NCBI GenBank assembly: GCA_964035545.1
Contig: OZ037768.1
Location: 24,731,344 to 24,795,343, forward strand
Direction: 5' to 3'
Origin: Bugula neritina
Taxonomy: Eukaryota > Animalia > Bryozoa
DNA: 64,000 nt
Part shown: one piece after another, positions 49,347 through 62,300 of the stretch
Position numbering within the stretch: position 1 is the stretch's first letter
Layout of the letters: each line of letters starts with the position of its first letter
Position numbers and translations under genes: made by a program
Notes under the pieces: generated by a model
Told to the model about the DNA's origin: nothing
Database searches by the model: none
What the model saw: only the letters and a program-made list of their open reading frames with translations

Positions 49347-50953
49347 CTTATCTTACCATACTCCGGACTAGGCTAATGCCTGTTAGGTAGGAAATTTAGT
49401 CAGGCTTCTCCATAATTGTCTGTTTTCAAACAATCTTTCCAAGTTAGCATTTCTCTCAATGTACTGGTACCATCTCTGCCGTGGTCTGTCACGAGCTCTT
49501 GTTCCTGGTATTGTGTAATTCAGGGCTTCCATTGTTTGCTGGTCTGCTTGTGTTTGTCTAAGATGACCATACCCCCTGATCTGCTGATTTTTAATTTTCT
49601 CTGCAATTGGTATGGCATGAGTCCGTTTTGCATAGGTTCAAATTTCTTATCTTATCCATCTTGGTTACGCCATTTATCATCCTTATGACCTTCATATCTG
49701 CTGCGGTAATATTTTTCATATTGTTCTTGTTTATATTCCATGTTTCACTACCATAAAGTAGGATTGGTCTTAATATTCCCGTGTGTATGATTTTCTTTGC
49801 TTGCCATGGTACTTTTTTATCTTTAAATAGGCGGTAAAGAGATCCTAAATTTTGTAAATATTTCCTTATTCCTGCAATTATTTCATGATCTACTAGTTCG
49901 GTCTCTGACAGCGTGCTTCCTAAATATTTGAAGGTGCTAACTTGTTTGATTTCGTTGTCGCGAGAGTGAAGTGTGTTTTGATTTTGTAGCGCGCTAGGAC
50001 TAGTACTTCTGTTTTTTCTATGTCAAGTTTGAGCCCATACTTGGTGAATGTGTCATGCCATGTTTGTAGATGTCTTTGTAACGCTTCCTCTGTGCTGGCC
50101 AGCTGAGCAATATCATCAGCATAAGCTAATACGTTAGTTGATATCTGATTACTTGCTACTTCCTGTATCACCTGATCTAGGTACATAATAAATAACCATA
50201 GTTCTTCACCTGCCCCTGTGGATACTGTGCTCTCGCTGGTACTATATGTGCTAACAATGGCGCTTCTTAGATGATATGGTATGTTATATGTTTCTAGCTT
50301 GTTGCAAAGTGTTTCTCAGGGCACTCTATCAAAAGCCTTCTCTAGGTTGAGGAATACAATGTACATGTATAATGGTAAATCCTACTCCCAGTGTTCATCT
50401 ATGGTTCTCTTGATGGCAAAAATCATGCCACTAGTGCTATGCCCTGATCTAAACCCATGTTGCCAGACTCCTAGTTTGTTTTCTACCAGTTCTTTTAATC
50501 TCTTTTCTATGACTCTTTCATAGATTTTAGCTATAGAATTAAGTAATGATATTCCTCAGTAGTTGTGCATGATAAGTGATCTCCTTTGTTTTTAAATATT
50601 GGACAGATTATCGTTTTTTCCCAATCAGTTAGTATAGTTCCTGTCCGGTAAGCTTTCGTAACAGTATTCGCTATTTTTGCAGATAGAATTGGTTTGATCA
50701 ATTTAAGGATTTCATTGGGAATAAGGTCACATCCTGTTAATTGCTGACTCCATTTCCTCAATTGTAATTGTTACGTTTTCTAGTTCTCTGGCTTGCTGCT
50801 CTGTTGGTGGTTAGATCCCACAGTTTAAGTTTTCTGTTGCGCGATAAAAAGTAGTTTTTCCATGTTTGATTTATGCTTTCTGGATTGGTCAGTATTTCTC
50901 CAGTTTCAAGGTCTTTAATATTTGTTGCTTTTTCTGTATTACTTTTCCTGTAC
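49347..50953 (-). mobile_element. 5'-truncated, frameshifted RTE-like LINE with long target-site duplication
   Basis: RT motifs WEKTIICPIFKNKGD, QHGFRSG, LEKAFDRVP, LAYADD; perfect 30-bp direct repeat AATCTAAAATTAAATATTATTATTAAATGT at 49317-49346 and 50970-50999. Confidence 0.9.
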
Positions 50954-51263
50954 AATTATCAAGTAGTTGAATCTAAAATTAAATATTATTATTAAATGTA
51001 GCATTAGTAATACTAATAGTAATAGTAATACTAGTAGTAGTATAAGTGTACGTATTAAGTTATTAGACTTGGTATTACTATTAGTGTTGTTTTGATTTAT
51101 AATTTAGTGCTAGCCACTAGGTATTTCAATTTTTTATCAGTCTCATTAGCATAATCATAATGATAATTATTATCATTGTCAGTTTCGCTGATAGTGGACA
51201 TAGTAAAAACAGTCAAACTTGATGCTTATGATTTACTATTTTTAGTTTTTTATTAGTATTTAA

Positions 51264-51749
51264 CAGGGTTGGGGTAATTGTAATTTGTAATTGTAGTTGG
51301 TTGTAATTAATTACATTTTTCAAGTAATTGAATGTAATTTGTAATTGATGTATAAAAATTTAATTGTAATTGTAATTAATTACATATCTAATGTAATTGA
51401 TTTTTGCAATTACTTTATAATTACAAGTCAATTACTTCAAACTTTAAAATCTTCAAAATCTCCTACTTTTCCTACCATGCCTACTGTTAAATAACAAGTT
51501 CAGATTAGGTCTAGGTAGTATAGTATCACTGTTGAGAACAAAGGAGGTTCACCCCTGTCAACATTGCCCCTGGTACTTCTATTTATCGCTTGTAGGTACA
51601 AAAGTAATTGTAATTGTAATTAATGACAATGCCATGTAATTGTTATTGTAATTAATTACATTACTTTTTAACTGTAATTATAATTGTGATTGACAAATTT
51701 TCATGTAATTGTAATTAATTACATTCACATGTAATTGACCCCAACCCTA
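51264..51749 (+). mobile_element. Complete hAT-type MITE (486 bp)
   Basis: TIRs CAGGGTTGGGG / CCCCAACCCTA; 8-bp TSD GTATTTAA (51256-51263 and 51750-51757); subterminal GTAATT repeats. Confidence 0.92.
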
Positions 51750-51967
51750 GTATTTAATAAAATTAAAATTATTGCTTGAATATATTATTAGTTGATTTTA
51801 AAATTAGAAATATTAAAACTGATAAATTGATTATTTTAAGTTTGCAAAAGTATAATTATAAGTTTTGTATTACTTAGACCGTACTAGCAGTATGAATATT
51901 TTAGTAGTAAAGTAGTGAGTGATGTCAGTATTAAACTACATGATGGCAGTATTTCAGTAGTAACAGC

Positions 51968-54900
51968 ATGAAAGGTGTTGGGGAGACAATTCCTACAGAT
52001 TATGACTCTACCACAACTTGGTATGACTGGTACATAAAAAACCTGAGTAAAATTAAACCAACATCAAACTATTATTGGACGCACCAATTGATTACCCCTC
52101 AAACACAAAGCTGGCAGAAGACAACGAATTTCGCTGATCAGCTGGCGACGACTCCATTTTATCATCTACCACGTATGTATACTAATATACTGCTATAGTA
52201 TGTATGATACTGTAAAGTTGTATATACTAATATACTGCTATAGTATGTATGATACTGTAATGTTGTATATACTAAAATACTGCTATAGTATGTATGATAC
52301 TGTAATGTTGTATATACTAATATACTGCTATAGTATGTATGATACTGTAATGTTGTATATACTAAAATACTGCTATAGTATGTATGATACTGTAATGTTG
52401 TATATACTAATATACTGCTATAGTATGTATGATACTGTAATGTTGTATATACTAAAATACTGCTATAGTATGTATGATACTGTAATGTTGTATATACTAA
52501 TATACTGCTATAGTATGTATGATACTGTAAAGTTGTATATACTAAAATACTGCTATAGTATGTGTGATACTGTAATGTTGTATATACTAATATACTGCTA
52601 TAGTATGTGTGATCCTGTAATGTTGTATATACTAATATACTGCTATAGTATCTATGATACTGTAATGTTGTATATACTAGTATACTGCTATAGTATCTAT
52701 GATACTGCTATACTCTGTTTATTGTTCAGGCACCAGGTTTGGCTTATCTTTATCAACATTTCTGATTACGGGACTAATTGCTGCCGCTGTCTGTGCTTTT
52801 ACGATTTGCATTTGCTGCTGCGTCTGTCACACAAAACGTCAGCGAAGGAGGAGAATACAATTGAGAAGATCTGGTATATATAGTATATGTGACCAGTCGC
52901 GACAAAACCGGGGATGTGGCGGCGTTTATTAAGTGTAGTAAATGAAGGTTTAATTTGGAAATACTTAAATTTGAAATTAATTTCCAATTTTCAGATTTTA
53001 GACTTTTCTAGTGCAAAAAAATATAAGGATTTCAAAAATCATACTTTCGTAAGCATTTGATGATTCCTTCAGCTCTAAAATTGCATTTAAAGCTGGTAAC
53101 TAAGGCTTTCAATTTTTTAAATGATGAAAAAATTGCGAAGTTATCGATTAAAGAAAGAAGACAATTTTAGTCACTTTCATAGCATGGAATCTTGCAAATT
53201 TATTTTTTATCAAATGAATTTAGCTTACACCTCTTTCTTCGCACTGTCAGAAGCATCATATTTAAAATCGAAGGCTAGTTTTAGTTTTTCATCGTGTTCC
53301 ATCCAAAGTTAGCTTTTAAGTTACTGAGCTGTTTTGCCCTTTGGTGATAAATGCTGAACTTAATCTTTATCTTTAGCGTTCAAGCTTGAAAACCACAACA
53401 ATACAGGTAATTATACTCAAAACAATCATTTACGCTACTAACTTAGAATTGTTGCCAGGATTATTTGTAGTCATCAATTTAATAATATTTATACTATCAC
53501 TAGGACACTAGGAGTAGGAGTCTGTCTTAGTCTATTCTATTCTTATTCTATACTACTACTAGTACTAGTAACTATTTAGATGGCTTTCACTATGACTCAC
53601 AGTTTGAGGTACGGTTACTCATAATGATAATCATAATGACTATTATTCATGATTTACTGATACTGGTATTTGGTAGTAAAACCAAATGTAACTCATTAAT
53701 AATAATAGTTAATACTAATAAGTAATAGTATAACTATAACTATAAGTTTAGTATAAGTATAAGTAATTAATAATTATAAATTCACTATTACTATTAGTAT
53801 TACTATTACTTATTACTTATTAGTATTACTGTATTATTTATTTGGGTCTGACTCTGAGTTTTGCCTTTGCTATTAATACTTGATACTCATACTGATAGTA
53901 TTATATTTATTGATTTATTCTATAGTTGATATTTCAATTTACATTAGACTTACTCTTACTCTTAGTAACTTTTAGCCTCTGTCTTAGATTTTGTCAATAC
54001 AGTTACTGATTACTATTACTATTAGTATTAACATTAGGCCTACTAGTACTAGTCAAACTACCGGTTCCTTTTGTGATTTTTAAATTAGCTCGAAGTTTGA
54101 TTTAAAATATAATGATAAAATCTTTATCACATTATGCAGGCTTACAGTTAGTGTTACTATCAAAACTCAATTGATAATCATATTTATATTCATAAAAGCA
54201 TCACCTATAACCAAATTGAAATGATATATGTGACTAAATGTAAATGATTATAATGATGAAATATTAATGCGAGTTCATGATGATTCTATAGTTGACTGAC
54301 TTAGTTTTTCAGTAAGTTACTTTTAGTCTTATTTAGTGAGTAGTAACACTAACTAAATGTATAAATAGTCTAAACTTTTTAATTTTATTTTAAGATGAGC
54401 AAAAATTTATTCATATTTTAAAGTAATTCATTGAATTCTAATTGATTTTATAGTAAATGTCTCTAATAGATTCAGTTGCACTTAGCTAGCTTTTTTACTC
54501 AATTAAATGCCTGAGTGGTTAATAGTTATCTAAAGACATTGCTTCAAAATTGCCAATTGCAGATATGCTAGATATTCAAGTGCATAATGTGTAATTTTAC
54601 TGATAATACTATAATGTTAATATAGAATAATCCGATATTCTGTACATTTTAGAAAGTGCACTTGTGAGGGCATTAGAGTGAAGACTTATACCTACACAAC
54701 TCTACTACCTATCAATCTAATACTTCTAATGTAGACACTCCGAATTTTGGCTTGCAAGGTTATGGCTTCTGCTTATTTCATTCATAAAAAGGTTTGCAGT
54801 CTTTTAATGATGTGCTTGAAAATTTTCAAGCATTTTTTTAATTTAAATTGTTCTGTTTAATTCAATAAATTTAAACGTTGATGAAATGCAGGATCACAAT

Positions 54901-57900
54901 AGTACTACAAGAGTGTTCAGCCAACTAAATTTCTATAATATAACTGGGTATAATTTCTAATCAAGCTACCGTTTCCTTTTGTTATTTAAAAAAAGTCAAC
55001 ATTGTACTTTCAGCTCTGGAATAGACAATAAGTGGGTAGATTTGCAGGATGGAGGTTAAGTAGCAGCATCTATAATTGCTAGAAAATCAACTGATGATAG
55101 TGATGAAGCTTTTGCCACATACATGATGTTATGTGTCCATACTCTGTAAACTCATATTATGAAGACCAAGGAAGTAGAAAGATGATAAGTGCCTTCTCTG
55201 CAAAAACTGTAGAAGCTATCTAATTTTCTTTTCTTGATAAGAGTTAATTCAAGCATAATGGTTGTATCCAGGCTGGATTTTTTACTGCATTTAATTGGTT
55301 TTTTAAAATAATGTATTTGATGTTTTAAATGTGAATATTAATGCCTAATAAAACTCAAAAGTTCAAATAGCTGATTTTATGTTTATAATATTTTCAACAT
55401 CTCAGCCAAATCAATTGCTAAATTTAGTTGCTGTTAGAGATTATAAAGATATTTATGAATGAACCTCGCATGATCTCATAATAGTCAAATAATTTTCTCA
55501 TAAGTGTTCTACTCATAAAGCAATAATTATGAAACAGCACAGCTCAATAGCTGCAGTTTGATATATTACAGAATATATTAGAGGAAAGGGAGGTATTCAA
55601 TGTATAAGAGGAAGCAGCTGCCATTTTGTTTTATATGATTTCCTGCTGACTTGGATGCCTAATTTAAATATCTCAACACACAAACTTGCTGAAACATCTT
55701 CTTCTTTGCTGGAATTGTTAAACCTTTCAACCATTAAACAAAGTAAAAAGCAAATTGACAAATAAATTAGACAAAAAGTTTGGCGGCCATATTTGACCTA
55801 ATTTTATGTTGAGGCAGCATGAAATTTAGTTTAACAGAAAGCCCAAACTTTCACAATTATTTTGATACCAAATTTGTCACTATTCCTGTTATACAAAGAC
55901 CCGTTGCTAAGGCTTGTAAATTGTAAACAAATAATTCTCAACTTATTCTAGAGTTGCCAACTTTAAACGCGATTTTCTCGAAACAGTAATTTAGAAATTC
56001 TAAAAACGTTAAGGTTTTTAAATACTGATATCTCGAGTTCTACTTATGCTAGAGACTTCAAATAAAGTGCAAAATGTTCAAAAAAGTCTGCTCTATCACT
56101 CCATAGTAATAACTAGGTATCCAACATTTTATATACATCCCTTGTTTTGTGGTGCCAGGTCACATATAGTACTACCTGTATATAGTATATAGTACTACCT
56201 GTATATAGTATATAGTACTACCTGTATATAGTATATAGTACTACCTGTATATAGTATATAGTACCACCTGTATATAGTATATAGTACTACCTGTATATAG
56301 TATATAGTACTACCTGTATATAGTATATAGTACTACCTGTATATAGTATATAGTACTACCTGTATATAGTATATAGTACTACCTGTATACAGTATATAGT
56401 ACTACCTGTATATAGTATATAGAGTATAGAGTGTATAGTTACAGTGTCCACGCAGTATACTGGAGCCAACAGGCCGAATGGTGACACAAGATTTGCTGTG
56501 AATAGAAACCCCTGGTCTTCCCCACCTGTCTCTACAAACACTTATCCAGTGTGAGTCACTATTCGTTATAACTTGTATTATATCTCTACTAGATAAGTTA
56601 TATTATATCTACTAGCTAAGTTATATTATATCTACTAGATAAGTTATATTATATCTACTAGATAAGTTATAGTATATCTACTAGATAAGTTATATTATAT
56701 CTCTACTAGATAAGTTATAATATATCTACTAGATAAGTTATATTATATCTACTAGATAAGTTATAGTATATCTACTAGATAAGTTATATTATATCTCTAC
56801 TAGATAAGTTATAATATATCTACTAGATAAGTTATATTATATCTACTAGATAAGTTATATTATATCTACTAGATAAGTTATATTATATCTACTAGATAAG
56901 TTATATTAAATCTACTAGATAAGTTATATTATATCTCTACTAGATAAGTTATATTATATCTACTAGCTAAGTTATATTATATCTACTAGATAAGTTATAT
57001 TATATCTACTAGATAAGTTATATTATATCTACTAGATAAGTTATATTAAATCTACTAGATAAGTTATATTATATCTCTACTAGATAAGTTATATTATATC
57101 TCTACTAGATAAGTTATAATATATCTACTAGATAAGTTATATTATATCTACTAGATAAGTTATATTAAATCTACTAGATAAGTTATAATATATCTCTACT
57201 AGATAAGTTATAATATATCTACTAGATAAGTTATAATATATCTACTAGATAAGTTATAATATCTCTACTAGATAAGTTATATTATATCTACTAGATAAGT
57301 TATATTATATCTACTAGATAAGTTATATTATATCTACTAGATAAGTTATATTATATCTACTAGATAAGTTATATTATATCTACTAGATAAGTTATATTAT
57401 ATCTACTAGATAAGTTATATTATATCTACTAGATAAGTTATATTATATCTACTAGATAAGTTATATTATATCTACTAGATAAGTTATATTATATCTACTA
57501 GATAAGTTATGTTATATCTACTAGATAAGTTATATTATATATCTATTAGATAAGTTATAATATATCTACTAGATAAGTTATATTATATCTACTAGATAAG
57601 TTATAATATATATCTACTAGATAAGTTATATTATATCTACTAGATAAGTTATATTATATCTACTAGATAAGTTATATTATATCTACTAGATAAGTTATAT
57701 TATATCTACTAGAAAAGTTATATTATATCTACTAGATAAGTTATATTATATATCTATTAGATAAGTTATAATATATCTACTAGATAAGTTTTGTGTTTGA
57801 AGCCATTCTTGTCATAATTCTCTCTAATTTATAGTCGTGATACATATTCTGGTTTTCCTCGAGATGTGAGTTTTTCCATGCTGCCCCCTTCCTATGAACA

Positions 57901-58527
57901 AGCTACAACAGAGACCCAGGCTAGTACTTAGACATACAGTATCAGATTCCTCTGGTCTCTTCATGTAACTGAGTCAGATGATCAGATGAGTAGTGGTAAG
58001 CTTTAAGGTTCTGTCTACCCTTACAGTTCAGGGAGCCAGAAGTATCTTCTCAACCCACCGGCGGTGGTTTACCATCTTACCAAGACTTAATCAAAACGTC
58101 ACCATATAATTCTGAAGTAAACATTGACCAAACAGAGCAAGTCAGGCAGGTTGACACTACAGGACAGGTTGACACTACAGGGCAGGTTGACACTACAGGG
58201 CAGGTTGACACTACAGGGCAGGTTGACACTACAGGGCAGGTTGACACTACAGGGCAGGTTGACACTACAGGGCAGGTTGACACTACAGGGCAGGTTGACA
58301 CTACAGGGCAGGTTGACACTACAGGGCAGGTTGACACTACAGGGCAGGTTGACACTACAGGACAGGTTGACACTACAGGGCAGGTTGACACTACAGGGCA
58401 GGTTGACACTACAGGGCAGGTTGACACTGCAGGACAGGTTGACACTGCAGGGCAGGTTGACACTACAGGGCAGGTTGACACTACAGGACAGGTTGACACT
58501 ACAGGGCAGGTTGACACTACGTGTTGA
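51968..58527 (+). CDS. Putative single-pass membrane protein with Cys-rich juxtamembrane motif and PY motifs (WBP1/VOPP1/Shisa-like architecture)
   Basis: Exons 51968-52172, 52730-52873, 56445-56550, 57835-57919 (or 57865) and 58027-58527 splice in frame: Thr-rich ectodomain, TM FLITGLIAAAVCAFTI, CICCCVC, basic KRQRRRR, then LPPSYEQA and LPSYQD. Start codon and last exon uncertain. Confidence 0.7.
52175..52710. repeat. Intronic array, 45-bp unit x12
   Basis: Unit TGTATATACTAATATACTGCTATAGTATGTATGATACTGTAATGT. Confidence 0.95.
52888..56164. mobile_element. 3.3-kb non-autonomous DNA transposon, superfamily not assigned
   Basis: Imperfect TIRs TGTGACCAGTCGCGACAAAACCGGGGATGT and (reverse complement of right end) TGTGACCTGGCACCACAAAACAAGGGATGT; TA on both sides (or ATAT with termini 1 nt shorter); no transposase ORF. 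Confidence 0.75.
56165..56422. repeat. Intronic array, 23-bp unit x11
   Basis: Unit TAGTACTACCTGTATATAGTATA. Confidence 0.95.
56575..57790. repeat. Intronic array, 23/25-bp unit
   Basis: Unit TCTACTAGATAAGTTATATTATA. Confidence 0.95.
58147..58520 (+). repeat. 18-bp array x21, in frame with the last exon (QVDTTG)
   Basis: Unit CAGGTTGACACTACAGGR. Confidence 0.95.
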
Positions 58528-61500
58528 ATGTACATTATATTACAGTATAAACTGTTGATAGCATGTTTAAAAGTATTTTCATGTTTTGATAAACATGGTT
58601 TTAAAAATTAATATTTCAGATGAATATTATTTTTATTGCTGTCTTATTACTAAAGGTAATGTATTTTATAATAACTGTTTTTTGTTACCTATTATTTTAT
58701 GCCATTTGTGGAAAGTTACATTATGTTATTATATATATTATATATATTTTTCTATACTCGGATACCATATTTATACATTCTCCCGCTACCTGACAAAGCG
58801 AAGATAGGTGAGAATATGTTTACATTATAGTTTGACTACCACAAATATAATAACTTTTATTACTGTTAATTCTAATATTTGATATTTTGCTTTTAAAAAG
58901 AATTGCTGCAAGAGCTTACTCTTAGTTTATTCTAGAAAAAGAAATAAATTTATTTTGAAGCCGAGAGATAGCTATCTGTAATATAACTGCTTATAATATG
59001 TGAATGTGTAGAACAGATACCACTATGCATTGCTAAATTGATTTAAAAGTTACAAACCAGCAAATTTTCAATGATTCTACTGAGTCAGCTGGTATCTGTC
59101 ATTTCAGATAAAAGGCAAGCTCTTGAGTCTTGTGAAAATTAGAACTAAAAATCTCACGATCGATAATGCAATTCTTTTTATTGAGGGTTGTCTTTCTAAA
59201 ATGGCAAATTATATTTTTTATTGTTGATTTTATTTTATGCTATTTTTTGTGCTGTTTGTTTCGAGACTATAGACAGTTTCCCTCTCTCACTTTCACTAGG
59301 TTCAGTTTATAACTACCTCACTCACAAATTAAGTTATAATTATATTATACACGTAGCCTACTAAAACTGAGAAAACCTCTCGAACCTCAACAGTTGACAA
59401 ACTCTCATAACCACTGAGCTGGGAGTATTCTATAATTACCATAGTAAACTACGTCCAAAAAAGTCACTTATTTTATCGTAACTTATGAGTGGCGACAGCA
59501 GCTCTCTTTAAAAAGTTTCAGCTCTAAAATTAAGGGTCATTGAGTACAATATTTACATGAACACCAACACCGTAGTTCGGATTTTTTAAGTCGAGACCAA
59601 ATCGGTTTCTGAACTATGTGACCCCAAACATTGTGCTGCAGCGAGTTTTGTGGTTTCAGATACTGGGAACACGTGACCTGTTTCAGACGACTGAACGCAG
59701 ACGATGTTGAAGGGGCACTCACAATCAGACGGACTGGCCGCACTCAAAGTTACTGTAATCACTGGTCTAGCCTACTTCACTCCGGCATCTTAAGATGACT
59801 TTACTTTAAGTCAAAACGTGGATTGTGACTAGCTTCAAAATTAGCGTAAAATACACAACTGTCACTGCCGGGTAAGAGTTGAATTATAAAATCGGTCGTG
59901 ACGATCACTATGAGTATGACTATGACAGTGATACTCTAACTCTATCAGTATCAATCTATGAGTATCAGTAGGGCTATGAGTATGAGTATCACTATTAGTA
60001 TGAGCATCACTATCAGCGTCATACTCATAGTCATGCTGACTATCAATACGAATATGAGATTGAAAAGCAGTATGATTATGACCATCATCTATCACTATCA
60101 GTATTATTTTCAGCAAATGTTGTGTTACTGTTGGTGATATTACAGTTAACTGATTCATCATATAGTTTTATTTTTGCTATCAAGTATCAGTATCACTATG
60201 ACTATCGCTACAATTTAATTTTATAATTGTGATTTGCCATTTGATGAATTACTGCTAACTTTAATTTTATTTTGTATTTACTATTTGCATCTATTTTTAT
60301 TTCTAGTTAATGAATATGATGAGCTGTTAAATTATATGCATAATCATGATAGATACAGGGAGGAGCTGTGGCCAGTAGAAGCCAGTAGATACGGAGTCAG
60401 GGTTCTCACAGGAATGGTGACTATATAAACTTGCGTGAGTTGTTCTTATAATAATTATACATAGAATTTGAAGTTCATAATTTAGAGCACTGTTAATGCT
60501 GTATAATTATAATAATAACTTTAAGTATAAGTTATAATAATAATTGTGATAATTGTTTTATAGCTTATAGTAATAGCTACAATTATAATAGTTATATCAT
60601 TGACTTGTTTTAAACTGTTGACTTCAAATGGTTCGGACTGTAGACTGAGTCATAATGTTTAATCTATTTTATATTACAACTAGTTATAGTATTATTAGTT
60701 AGCTCAAATTTCTACACTAACAAGTCAACTGTATTACCAGCTCTATAATTTATGAATATAATGTTTTCAGGATATTAGTATAAATTATTACTAGTATAGT
60801 AACTAAAGCTGTTATTCTTTACATTTTCTCTTAAAGGTTAGCTTTGCAAAACCTATTTGTTATTGTCAACAGTTGCTTAGCAGTTTTGTTGCAATTGATG
60901 AGGTATTGATGGATTGCTATGTTATTCTTAACTAACATATAACTTAATATTTGGGCAGCTTCTGTTTTAGACTGTCTGAATATCAACTTACAATAAAATA
61001 AATTGTTTATAATTTACTTGAATTCAAAGTTGAAGAATAAATAGAAGCACTATAGCTAGATTTTCCCCTTTTGTTGTGATTAAATATGCTCATGAATACT
61101 TGTCTAGAACAGTGGTTCCCAACCTGGGGGGGGGAATTCCCCCTAGGGGAGAATTTGGACATTTTAGGGGGAGAATTTGGATTTTGAAAAATTCACGCAA
61201 TTTGTTGAGGTTTTTGAGCTCTTGCAAGTTACATGCATATGCAATTATGCATGTCTATAAATCTTCATCTTAGTTCATCTATTTAACTAAACCATATTCT
61301 GCAATCTCAGTTTACTTCTATACATGAATGTGTGTTTATTAATTACTCTATCCTAACTGTTCTCTGTGTTACTTCAAATGAAAGTCAAAAATATGCAAAA
61401 ACTAACAGGCCAACTTTTAGCAGCCATGCACGTCAATTTCTATGAACTGTATATTACATACCTAGTGAATATATTTGCTACACTAAATAATCTGAACCTA

Positions 61501-61644
61501 AAAATTCGGGAGTGTAATCATCATATCATTGCCTTTCATAGAAGCAGAATTTTTTTTAAAGTTGCACTAAAGTAGTGTCATCTCTATCAAAAGCACGGTG
61601 TCTTTCCCTACACTCAATGAACGTTGATAAAAGAAGAACCTGTT

Positions 61645-61853
61645 CCAATTTTAGGTAAAAATAGCACAGGCAAAAATCGCATGCTGGTGTTAAATTTTCC
61701 CAAACCCAAACCTCCAAACCCCTCATCCTGAATGTCTAACCTCCAACTCAAATCTACAATGCTAATATTGAAAATGTGCCAATTTTACTTAATTTTCCAT
61801 TTGTGCCATTATTACCTGTGCCATTTTTACCTGTGCCATTTTTACCAGACACC
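61645..61853 (-). mobile_element. Nested 0.2-kb insert (copy 1) in the hAT element
   Basis: GGTAAAAATGGCAC-type motifs, C-rich centre; flanked by ACCTGTT direct repeats (61638-61644, 61854-61860). Confidence 0.7.
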
Positions 61854-62099
61854 ACCTGTTACAGATCATTTTTTTAAAAAACTTCTAGGCATCTCTCTGA
61901 ACTTTTAATGGAGTTTTAAGGGTATTTCTCTGAGCTACCTCTCAAAAAGAAAGAGCTAGATTCTTAACAAAACATGTGATCCATTGCAACGCTTTGTTGA
62001 AAAGTTTTCAGAGGAGTTGCAGGAGGATTTTATTGAGTTGGTTCACAATTCAGCATTGAAGGGTAATTTGAATTTTTCTCCAGTTGATGTATTGTGGGT

Positions 62100-62300
62100 A
62101 GTGTCCAGTAAAAATGGCACAGGTAGTAATGGCACAAATGCAAAAGTAAGTAAAAATGGCGCATGTTTTCAATATCGAGGTGGGGGTTTGGAGTTTGAAA
62201 GAGGGGTTTGGGGGAAAGATTTTGGGTTTGCACTTAAGATTTTGGAGTTTTGGGGGGTTTAGGTTAGGGGGTGGAGGTTTGGGGTTCAAGAGTTGGGGGC
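62100..62300 (+). mobile_element. Nested 0.2-kb insert (copy 2, inverted) in the hAT element
   Basis: Reverse-complement relative of copy 1; flanked by TTGATGWATTSTGGGT at 62084-62099 and 62301-62316. Confidence 0.7.

Noticed and set aside
594-58520. CRISPR arrays
   Set aside because: Units are head-to-tail with no unique spacers, there are no cas genes, and the context is a spliced eukaryotic genome.
551-58520. Arrays as pure sequencing or assembly artefacts
   Set aside because: They respect exon boundaries, show structured variants, higher-order patterns and CpG-type transitions, and one is interrupted by a transposon. Exact copy numbers could still be wrong.
58880-59860. Possible further DNA-transposon remnant or promoter
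   Set aside because: Composition differs from the flanks, but I could not find TIRs, a TSD or coding remnants.
62175-62300. Interstitial telomeric repeat
   Set aside because: Only a single TTAGGTTAGGG fragment within an irregular G-rich tract of a nested element.
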